Below are positions 49,201 to 61,200 of a DNA stretch of 64,000 bases, piece after piece. Position 1 is the first letter of the stretch. Each line of letters begins with the position of its first letter. Location of the stretch: positions 372,001-436,000 of the forward strand of contig CAXHJY010000973.1 in assembly GCA_964016885.1 (NCBI GenBank), written 5' to 3'. A model generated the notes under the pieces. It worked only from the letters and a program-made list of their open reading frames with translations, made no database searches and was not told where the DNA came from. The stretch is from Eledone cirrhosa (taxonomy: Eukaryota). The position numbers were made by a program, and so were the translations under genes.

Positions 49201-52200
49201 CCTTTAAAACCTCTATGGAACAAACTACCTCCATCAGTTGTTAGCTGTTGAGACACTGCATCCTTTAAAACCTCCATGGAACAAACTACCTGCATCAGTT
49301 GTTACCTGTTGAGACACTGCATCCTTTAAAACCTCCATGGAACAAACTACCTTCATCAGTTGTTACCTGTCGATACACTGCATCCTTTAAAACCTCCATG
49401 GAACAAACTACCTGCATCAGTTTTTAGCTGTTGAGACATTGCATCCTTTAAAACCTCTATGGAACAAACTACCTCCATCAGTTGTTAGCTGTTGAGACAC
49501 TGAATCTTTTAAAACCTCCATGGAACAAACTACCTGCATCAGTTGTTAGCTGACGAGACACTGTATCCTTTAAAACCTCCATGGAACAAACTACCTGCAT
49601 CAGTTGTTACCTGTTGAGACACTGCATCCTTTAAAACCACTATGGAACAAACTACCTCCATCAGTTGTTAGCTGTTGAGAAACTGCATCCTTTAAAACCT
49701 CCGTGGAAAAAACTCCCTGCATCGGTTGCTAGCAGTTGAGACACTGAATCTTTTAAAACCTCCATGGAACAAACTACCTGCATCAGTTGTTAGCTGTTGA
49801 GACACTGCATCCTTTAAAACCTCCGTGGAAAAAAATCCCTGCATCAGTTGCTAGTAGTTGAGACACTGAATATTTTAAAACCTCCATGGAACAAACTACC
49901 TGCATCAGTTCTTAGCTGTTGACACGTTGCATCCTTTAAAACCTCTATGGAACAAACTACCTCCATCAGTTGTTAGCTGTTGAGACACTGCATCCTTTAA
50001 AACCTCCATGGAACAAACTACCTTCATCAGTTGTTACCTGTCGATACACGGCATCCTTTAAAACCTCCATGGAACAAACTACCTGCATCAGTTGTTAGCT
50101 GTTGAGACATTGCATCCTTTAAAACCTCTATGGAACAAACTACCACCATCAGTTGTTAGCTGTTGAGACACTGCATCCTTTAAAACCTCCATGGAACAAA
50201 CTACCTGCATCAGTTGTTAGCTGTCCAGACACTGCATCCTTTAAAACCTCCATGGAACAAACTATCTGCATCAGTTGTTAGCTGTCAAGACACCGCATCC
50301 TTTAAAACCTCCATGGAACAAACTACCTGCATCAGTTGTTAGCTGTCAAGATACTTCATCCTTTAAAACCTCCATGGAACAAACTACCTTCATTAGTAAT
50401 TAGCTGTCAAGACACTGCATCCTTTAAAACCTCCATGGAACAAACTACCTGCATCAGTTGTTAGCTGTCAAGACACTGCAGCCTTTAAAATCTCCATGGA
50501 ACAAACTACCTTCATCAGTTGTTAGCTGTTGAGACACTGCATCCTTTAAAACCTCCATGGAACAAACTACCAGCATCAGTTGTTAGCTGTCCAGACACTG
50601 CATCCTTTAAAACCTCCATGCAACAAACTACCTTCATCAGTTGTTAGTTGTCCAGAGACTGCATCCTTTAAAACCTCCATGGAACAAAATACCTGCATCA
50701 GTTGTAAGTTGTCGAGACACTGCATCCTTTAAAACCTCCATGGAACAAATTACCTGCATCAGTTGTTAGCTGTCGAGACACTGCATCCTTTAAAACCTCC
50801 ATGGAACAAACTACCTGCATCAGCTGTTAGCTGTCTAGACACTGCATCCTTTAAAACCTCCATGGAACAAACTATCTGCATCAGTTGTTAGCTTCTGAGA
50901 CACTGCATCCTTTAAAACCTCCATGGAACAAACTACCTTCATCAGTTGTTAGCTGTAGAGACACTGCATCCTTTAAAGCCTCCATGGAACAAACTACCTG
51001 CATCAGTTGTTACCTGTCGATACACTGCATCCTTTAAAACCTCCATGGAACAAACTACCTGCATCAGTTATTAGCTGTTGAGACATTGCATCCTTTAAAA
51101 CCTCAATGGAACAAATTACCTCCATCAGTTGTTAGCTGTTGAGACACTGCATCCTTTAAAACCTCCATGGAACAAACTACCTGCATCAGTTGTTAGCTGT
51201 CCAGACACTGCATCCTTTAAAACCTCCATGGAACAAACTACCTGCATCAGCTGTTAGCTGTCTAGACACTGCATCCTTTAAAACCTCCATGGAACAAACT
51301 ACCTTCATCAGTTGTTAGCTGCTGAGACACTGCATCCTTTAAAACCGCCATGGAACAAACTACCTACATCAGTTGTTAGCTGTTGAGACATGGCATCCAT
51401 TAAAACCTCTCTGGAACAAACTACCTCCATCAGTTGTTAGCTGTTGAGACACTGCATCCTTTAAAACCTCCATGGAACAAACTACCTTCATCAGTTGTTA
51501 GCTGTCGAGACACTGCATCCTTTAAAACCTCCATGGAACAAACTACCTTCATCAGTTGTTAGCTGTTGAGACATTGCATCCTTTAAAACCTCTATGGAAC
51601 AAACTACCTCCATCAGTTGTTAGCTGTTGAGACACTGCATCCTTTAAAACCTCCATGGAACAAACTACCTGCATCAGTTGTTACCTGTTGAGACACTGCA
51701 TCCTTTAAAACCTCCATGGAACAAACTATCTGCATCAGTTGTTAGCTGCTGAGACACTGCATCCTTTAAAACCTCCATGGAACAAACTACCTTCATCAGT
51801 TGTTACCTGCAACACACTGCATCCTTTAAAACCTCCATGGAACAAACTACCTGCATCAGTTGTTAGCTGCTGAGACACTGCATCCTTTAAAACCTCCATG
51901 GAACAAACTACCTTCATCAGTTGTTACCTGCGACACACTGCATCCTTTAAAACCTCCATGGAAAAAACTACCTTCATCAGTTGTTAGCTGTCCAGAAACT
52001 GCATCTTTTAAAACCTCCATGGAACAAACTACCTTCATCAGTTGTTAGCTGTCGAGACACTGCATCCTTTAAAACCTCCATGGAACAAACTACCTGCATC
52101 AGTTGTTAGCTTTTGAGACATTGCATCCTTTAAAACCTCTATGGAACAAACTACCTCCATCAGTTGTTAGCTGTTGAGACACTGCCTCCTTTAAAACCTC

Positions 52201-55200
52201 CGTGGAAAAAACTCCCTGCATCAGTTGCTAGCAGTTGAGACACTGCATCTTTTAAAATCTCTATGGAACAAACTACCTCCATCAGTTGTTAGCTGTTGAG
52301 ACACTGCATCCTTTAAAACCTCCATGGAACAAACTACCTGCATCAGTTGTTACCTGTTGAGACACTGCATCCTTTAAAACCTCCATGGAACAAACTATCT
52401 GCATCAGTTGTTAGCTGCTGAGACACTGCATCCTTTAAAACCTCCATGGAACAAACTACCTTCATCAGTTGTTACCTGCGACACACTGCATCCTTTAAAA
52501 CCTCCATGGAACAAACTACCTGCATCAGTTGTTAGCTGTTGAGACATTGCATCCTTTAAAACCTCTATGGAACAAACTACCTCCATCAGTTGTTAGCTGT
52601 TGAGACACTGCATCCTTTAAAACCTCCATGGAACAAACTACCTGCATCAGTTGTTACCTGTTGAGACACTGCATCCTTTAAAACCTCCATGGAACAAACT
52701 CCCTGCATCAGTTGTTAGCTGTCGAGACACTGCATCCTTTAAAACCTCCATGGAACAAACTACCTTCATCAGTTGTTAGCTGTAGAGACACTGCATCCTT
52801 TAAAACCTCCATGGAACAAACTACCTTCATCAGTTGTTAGCTGCTGAGACACTGCATCCTTTAAAACCGCCATGGAACAAACTACCTACATCAGTTGTTA
52901 GCTGTTGAGACATGGCATCCATTAAAACCTCTCTGGAACAAACTACCTCCATCAGTTGTTAGCTGTTGAGACACTGCATCCTTTAAAACCTCCCTGGAAC
53001 AAACTACCTTCATCAGTTGTTAGCTGTCGAGACACTGCATCCTTTAAAACCTCCATGGAACAAACTACCTGCATCTGTTGTTAGCTGTTGAGACATTGCA
53101 TCCTTTAAAACCTCTATGGAACAAACTACCTCCATCAGTTGTTAGCTGTTGAGACACTGCATCCTTTAAAACCTCCGTGGAAAAAACTCCCTGCATCAGT
53201 TTCTAGTAGTTGAGACACTGAATCTTTTAAAACCTCCATGGAACAAACTACCTGCATCAGTTCTTAGCTGTTGACACGTTGCATCCTTTAAAACTTCTAT
53301 GGAACAAACTACCTCCATCAGTTGTTAGCTGTTGAGACACTGCATCCTTTAAAACCTCCATGGAACAAACTACCTGCATCAGTTGTTAGCTGTTGAGACA
53401 TTGCATCCTTTAAAACCTCTATGGAACAAACTACCTCCATCAGTTGTTAGCTGTTGAGACACTGCATCCTTTAAAACCTCCATGGAACAAACTACCTGCA
53501 TCAGTTGTTAGCTGCTGAGACACTGCATCCTTTAAAACCTCCATGGAAAAAACTACCTTCATCAGTTGTTAGCTGTCCAGAGACTGCATCCTTTAAAACC
53601 TCCATGGAACAAACTACCTACATCAGTTGTTAGCTGTCGAGACACTGCATCCTTTAAAACCTCCATGGAACAAACTACCTGCATCAGTTGTTAGCTGTTG
53701 AGACATTGCATCCTTTAAAACCTCTATGGAACAAACTACCTCCATCAGTTGTTAGCTGTTGAGACACTGCATCCTTTAAAACCTCCATGGAACAAACTAC
53801 CTGCATCAGTTGTTACCTGTTGAGACACTGCATCCTTTAAAACCTCCATGGAACAAACTACCTTCATCAGTTGTTACCTGTCGATACACTGCATCCTTTA
53901 AAACCTCCATGGAACAAACTACCTGCATCAGTTTTTAGCTGTTGAGACATTGCATCCTTTAAAACCTCTATGGAACAAACTACCTCCATCAGTTGTTAGC
54001 TGTTGAGACACTGAATCTTTTAAAACCTCCATGGAACAAACTACCTGCATCATTTGTTAGCTGACGAGACACTGTATCCTTTAAAACCTCCATGGAACAA
54101 ACTACCTGCATCAGTTGTTACCTGTTGAGACATTGCATCCTTTAAAACCACTATGGAACAAACTACCTCCATCAGTTGTTAGCTGTTGAGACACTGCATC
54201 CTTTAAAACCTCCGTGGAAAAAACTCCCTGCATCAGTTGTAAGCAGTTGAGACACTGAATCTTTTAAAACCTCCATGGAACAAACTACCTGCATCAGTTG
54301 TTAGCTGTTGAGACACTGCATCCTTTAAAACCTCCGTGGAAAAAAATCCCTGCATCAGTTGCTAGTAGTTGAGACACTGAATATTTTAAAACCTCCATGG
54401 AACAAACTACCTGCATCAGTTCTTAGCTGTTGACACGTTGCATCCTTTAAAACCTCTATGGAACAAACTACCTCCATCAGTTGTTAGCTGTTGAGACACT
54501 GCATCCTTTAAAACCTCCATGGAACAAACTACCTTCATCAGTTGTTACCTGTCGATACACGGCATCCTTTAAAACCTCCATGGAACAAACTACCTGCATC
54601 AGTTGTTAGCTGTTGAGACATTGCATCCTTTAAAACCTCTATGGAACAAACTACCTCCATCAGTTGTTAGCTGTTGAGACACTGCATCCTTTAAAACCTC
54701 CATGGAACAAACTACCTGCATCAGTTGTTACCTGTTGAGACACTGCATCCTTTAAAACCTCCATGGAACAAACTATCTGCATCAGTTGTTAGCTGCTGAG
54801 ACACTGCATCCTTTAAAACCTCCATGGAACAAACTACCTTCATCAGTTGTTACCTGCAACACACTGCATCCTTTAAAACCTCCATGGAACAAACTACCTG
54901 CATCAGTTGTTAGCTGCTGAGACACTGCATCCTTTAAAACCTCCATGGAACAAACTACCTTCATCAGTTGTTACCTGCGACACACTGCATCCTTTAAAAC
55001 CTCCATGGAAAAAACTACCTTCATCAGTTGTTAGCTGTCCAGAAACTGCATCTTTTAAAACCTCCATGGAACAAACTACCTTCATCAGTTGTTAGCTGTC
55101 GAGACACTGCATCCTTTAAAACCTCCATGGAACAAACTACCTGCATCAGTTGTTAGCTTTTGAGACATTGCATCCTTTAAAACCTCTATGGAACAAACTA

Positions 55201-58200
55201 CCTCCATCAGTTGTTAGCTGTTGAGACACTGAATCTTTTAAAACCTCCATGGAACAAACTACCTGCATCATTTGTTAGCTGACGAGACACTGTATCCTTT
55301 AAAACCTCCATGGAACAAACTACCTGCATCAGTTGTTACCTGTTGAGACATTGCATCCTTTAAAACCACTATGGAACAAACTACCTCCATCAGTTGTTAG
55401 CTGTTGAGACACTGCATCCTTTAAAACCTCCGTGGAAAAAACTCCCTGCATCAGTTGTAAGCAGTTGAGACACTGAATCTTTTAAAACCTCCATGGAACA
55501 AACTACCTGCATCAGTTGTTAGCTGTTGAGACACTGCATCCTTTAAAACCTCCGTGGAAAAAAATCCCTGCATCAGTTGCTAGTAGTTGAGACACTGAAT
55601 ATTTTAAAACCTCCATGGAACAAACTACCTGCATCAGTTCTTAGCTGTTGACACGTTGCATCCTTTAAAACCTCTATGGAACAAACTACCTCCATCAGTT
55701 GTTAGCTGTTGAGACTCTGCATCCTTTAAAACCTCCATGGAACAAACTACCTTCATCAGTTGTTACCTGTCGATACACGGCATCCTTTAAAACCTCCATG
55801 GAACAAACTACCTGCATCAGTTGTTAGCTGTTGAGACATTGCATCCTTTAAAACCTCTATGGAACAAACTACCTCCATCAGTTGTTAGCTGTTGAGACAC
55901 TGCATCCTTTAAAACCTCCATGGAACAAACTACCTGCATCAGTTGTTACCTGTTGAGACACTGCATCCTTTAAAACCTCCATGGAACAAACTATCTGCAT
56001 CAGTTGTTAGCTGCTGAGACACTGCATCCTTTAAAACCTCCATGGAACAAACTACCTTCATCAGTTGTTACCTGCGACACACTGCATCCTTTAAAACCTC
56101 CATGGAAAAAACTACCTTCATCAGTTGTTAGCTGTCCAGAAACTGCATCTTTTAAAACCTCCATGGAACAAACTACCTTCATCAGTTGTTAGCTGTCGAG
56201 ACACTGCATCCTTTAAAACCTCCATGGAACAAACTACCTGCATCAGTTGTTAGCTTTTGAGACATTGCATCCTTTAAAACCTCTATGGAACAAACTACCT
56301 CCATCAGTTGTTAGCTGTTGAGACACTGCCTCCTTTAAAACCTCCGTGGAAAAAACTCCCTGCATCAGTTGCTAGCAGTTGAGACACTGCATCTTTTAAA
56401 ATCTCTATGGAACAAACTACCTCCATCAGTTGTTAGCTGTTGAGACACTGCATCCTTTAAAACCTCCATGGAACAAACTACCTGCATCAGTTGTTACCTG
56501 TTGAGACACTGCATCCTTTAAAACCTCCATGGAACAAACTATCTGCATCAGTTGTTAGCTGCTGAGACACTGCATCCTTTAAAACCTCCATGGAACAAAC
56601 TACCTTCATCAGTTGTTACCTGCGACACACTGCATCCTTTAAAACCTCCATGGAACAAACTACCTGCATCAGTTGTTAGCTGTTGAGACATTGCATCCTT
56701 TAAAACCTCTATGGAACAAACTACCTCCATCAGTTGTTAGCTGTTGAGACACTGCATCCTTTAAAACCTCCATGGAACAAACTACCTGCATCAGTTGTTA
56801 CCTGTTGAGACACTGCATCCTTTAGAACCTCCATGGAACAAACTCCCTGCATCAGTTGTTAGCTGTCGAGACACTGCATCCTTTAAAACCTCCATGGAAC
56901 AAACTACCTTCATCAGTTGTTATCTGTAGAGACACTGCATCCTTTAAAACCTCCATGGAACAAACTACCTTCATCAGTTGTTAGCTGCTGAGACACTGCA
57001 TCCTTTAAAACCGCCATGGAACAAACTACCTACATCAGTTGTTAGCTGTTGAGACATGGCATCCATTAAAACCTCTCTGGAACAAACTACCTCCATCAGT
57101 TGTTAGCTGTTGAGACACTGCATCCTTTAAAACCTCCCTGGAACAAACTACCTTCATCAGTTGTTAGCTGTTGAGACATTGCATCCTTTAAAACCTCTAT
57201 GGAACAAACTACCTCCATCAGTTGTTAGCTGTTGAGACACTGCATCCTTTAAAACCTCCGTGGAAAAAACTCCCTGCATCAGTTGCTAGTAGTTGAGACA
57301 CTGAATCTTTTAAAACCTCCATGGAACAAACTACCTGCATCAGTTCTTAGCTGTTGACACGTTGCATCCTTTAAAACTTCTATGGAACAAACTACCTCCA
57401 TCAGTTGTTAGCTGTTGAGACACTGCATCCTTTAAAACCTCCATGGAACAAACTACCTGCATCAGTTGTTAGCTGTTGAGACATTGCATCCTTTAAAACC
57501 TCTATGGAACAAACTACCTCCATCAGTTGTTAGCTGTTGAGACACTGCATCCTTTAAAACCTCCATGGAACAAACTACCTGCATCAGTTGTTAGCTGCTG
57601 AGACACTGCATCCTTTAAAACCTCCATGGAAAAAACTACCTTCATCAGTTGTTAGCTGTCCAGAGACTGCATCCTTTAAAACCTCCATGGAACAAACTAC
57701 CTGCATCAGTTGTTACCTGTTGAGACACTGCATCCTTTAAAACCTCCATGGAACAAACTACCTTCATCAGTTGTTACCTGTCGATACACTGCATCCTTTA
57801 AAACCTCCATGGAACAAACTACCTGCATCAGTTTTTAGCTGTTGAGACATTGCATCCTTTAAAACCTCTATGGAACAAACTACCTCCATCAGTTGTTAGC
57901 TGTTGAGACACTGAATCTTTTAAAACCTCCATGGAACAAACTACCTGCATCATTTGTTAGCTGACGAGACACTGTATCCTTTAAAACCTCCATGGAACAA
58001 ACTAGCTGCATCAGTTGTTACCTGTTGAGACATTGCATCCTTTAAAACCACTATGGAACAAACTACCTCCATCAGTTGTTAGCTGTTGATACACTGCATC
58101 CTTTAAAACCTCCGTGGAAAAAACTCCCTGCATCAGTTGTAAGCAGTTGAGACACTGAATCTTTTAAAACCTCCATGGAACAAACTACCTGCATCAGTTG

Positions 58201-61200
58201 TTAGCTGTTGAGACACTGCATCCTTTAAAACCTCCGTGGAAAAAAATCCCTGCATCAGTTGCTAGTAGTTGAGACACTGAATATTTTAAAACCTCCATGG
58301 AACAAACTACCTGCATCAGTTCTTAGCTGTTGACACGTTGCATCCTTTAAAACCTCTATGGAACAAACTACCTCCATCAGTTGTTAGCTGTTGAGACACT
58401 GCATCCTTTAAAACCTCCATGGAACAAACTACCTTCATCAGTTGTTACTTGTCGATACACGGCATCCTTTAAAACCTCCATGGAACAAACTACCTGCATC
58501 AGTTGTTAGCTGTTGAGACATTGCATCCTTTAAAACCTCTATGGAACAAACTACCTCCATCAGTTGTTAGCTGTTGAGACACTGCATCCTTTAAAACCTC
58601 CATGGAACAAACTACCTGCATCAGTTGTTAGCTGTCCAGACACTGCATCCTTTAAAACCTCCATGGAACAAACTACCTGCATCAGCTGTTAGCTGTCTAG
58701 ACACTGCATCCTTTAAAACCTCCATGGAACAAACTACCTTCATCAGTTGTTAGCTGCTGAGACACTGCATCCTTTAAAACCGCCATGGAACAAACTCCCT
58801 ACATCAGTTGTTAGCTGTTGAGACATGGCATCCATTAAAACCTCTATGGAACAAACTACCTCCATCAGTTGTTAGCTGTTGAGACACTGCATCCTTTAAA
58901 ACCTCCGTGGAAAAAACTCCCTGCATCAGTTGCTAGTAGTTGAGACACTGAATCTTTTAAAACCTCCATGGAACAAACTACCTGCATCAGTTGTTAGCTG
59001 CTGAGACACTGCATCCTTTAAAACCTCCATGGAACAAACTACCTGCATCAGTTGTTAGCTGTTGAGACATTGCATCCTTTAAAACCTCTATGGAACAAAC
59101 TACCTCCATCTTTTGTTAGCTGTTGAGACACTGCATCCTTTAAAACCTCCATGGAGAAACTACCTGCATCAGTTGTTAGCTGCTGAGACACTGCATCCTT
59201 TAAAACCTCCATGGAGAAAACTACCTTCATCAGTTGTTAGCTGTCCAGAGACTGCATCCTTTAAAACCTCCATGGAACAAACCACCTTCATCAGTTGTTA
59301 GCTGTCGAGACACTGCATCCTTTAAAACCTCCATGGAACAAACTACCTGCATCAGTTTTTAGCTGTTGAGACATTGCATCCTTTAAAACCTCTATGGAAC
59401 AAACTACCTCCATCAGTTGTTAGCTGTTGAGACACTGCATCCTTTAAAACCTCCGTGGAAAAAACTCCCTGCATCAGTTGCTAGCAGTTGAGACACTGCA
59501 TCTTTTAAAACCTCTATGGAACAAACTACCTCCATCAGTTGTTAGATGTTGAGACACTGCATCCTTTAAAACCTCCATGGAACAAACTACCTGCATCAGT
59601 TGTTACCTGTTGAGACACTGCATCCTTTAAAACCTCCATGGAACAAACTATCTGCATCAGTTGTTAGCTGCTGAGACACTGCATCCTTTAAAACCTCCAT
59701 GGAACAAACTACCTTCATCAGTTGTTACCTGTCGATACACTGCATCCTTTAAAACCTCGATGGAACAAACTACCTTCATCAGTTGTTAGCTGACGAGACA
59801 CTGCATCCTTTAAAACCTCCATGGAACAAACTACCCGCATCAGTTGTTAGCTGTCGAGACACTGCATCCTTTAAAACCTCCATGGAACAAACTACCTGCA
59901 TCAGTTGTTAGCTGTCCAGACACTGCATCCGTTAAAACCTCGATGGAACAAACTACCTTCATCAGTTGTTAGCTGCTGAGACACTGCATCCTTTAAAACC
60001 TCCATGGAACAAACTACCTTCATCAGTTGTTAGCTGCTGAGACACTGCATCCTTTAAAACCGCCATGGAACAAACTACCTACATCAGTTGTTAGCTGTTG
60101 AGACATGGCATCCATTAAAACCTCTCTGGAACAAACTACCTCCATCAGTTGTTAGCTGTTGAGACACTGCATCCTTTAAAACCTCCATGGAACAAACTAC
60201 CTTCATCAGTTGTTAGCTGTCGAGACATTGCATTCTTTAAAACCTCCATGGAACAAACTACCTCCATCAGTTGTTAGCTGTTGAGACATTGCATCCTTTA
60301 AAACCTCTATGGAACAAACTACCTCCATCAGTTGTTAGCTGTTGAGACACTGCATCCTTTAAAACCTCCGTGGAAAAAACTCCCTGCATCAGTTGCTAGT
60401 AGTTGAGACACTGAATCTTTTAAAACCTCCATGGAACAAACTACCTGCATCAGTTCTTAGCTGTTGACACGTTGCATCCTTTAAAACTTCTATGGAACAA
60501 ACTACCTCCATCAGTTGTTAGCTATTGAGACACTGCATCCTTTAAAACCTCCATGGAACAAACTACCTGCATCAGTTGTTACCTGTTGAGACACTGCATC
60601 CTTTAAAACCTCTATGGAACAAACTATCTGCATCAGTTGTTAGCTGCTGAGACACTGCATCCTTTAAAACCTCCATGGAACAAACTACCTGCATCAGTTG
60701 TTAGCTGTTGAGACATTGCATCCTTTAAAACCTCTATGGAACAAACTACCTCCATCAGTTGTTAGCTGTTCAGACACTGCATCCTTTAAAACCTCCATGG
60801 AACAAACTACCTGCATCAGTTGTTAGCTGCTGAGACACTGCATCCTTTAAAACCTCCATGGAAAAAACTACCTTCATCAGTTGTTAGCTGTCCAGAGACT
60901 GCATCCTTTAAAACCTCCATGGAACAAACTACCTTCATCAGTTGTTACCTGTCGATACACTGCATCCTTTAAAACCTCCATGGAACAAACTACCTGCATC
61001 AGTTGTTAGCTGTTGAGACATTGCATCCTTTAAAACCTCTATGGAACAAACTACCTCCATCAGTTGTTAGCTGTTGAGACACTGCATCCTTTAAAACCTC
61101 CATGGAACAATCTACCTGCATCAGTGGTTACCTGTTGAGACACTGCATCCTTTAAAACCTCTATGGAACAAACTACCTCCATCAGTTGTTAGCTGTTGAG

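Noticed and set aside
22694-59301. Dozens of 60-81-aa ORFs inside the satellite (MQVVCSMEVLKDAVS.., MLAVETLHPLKPP..)
   Set aside because: They arise wherever a 1-bp indel monomer shifts the frame past the recurring stop; they are not genes.
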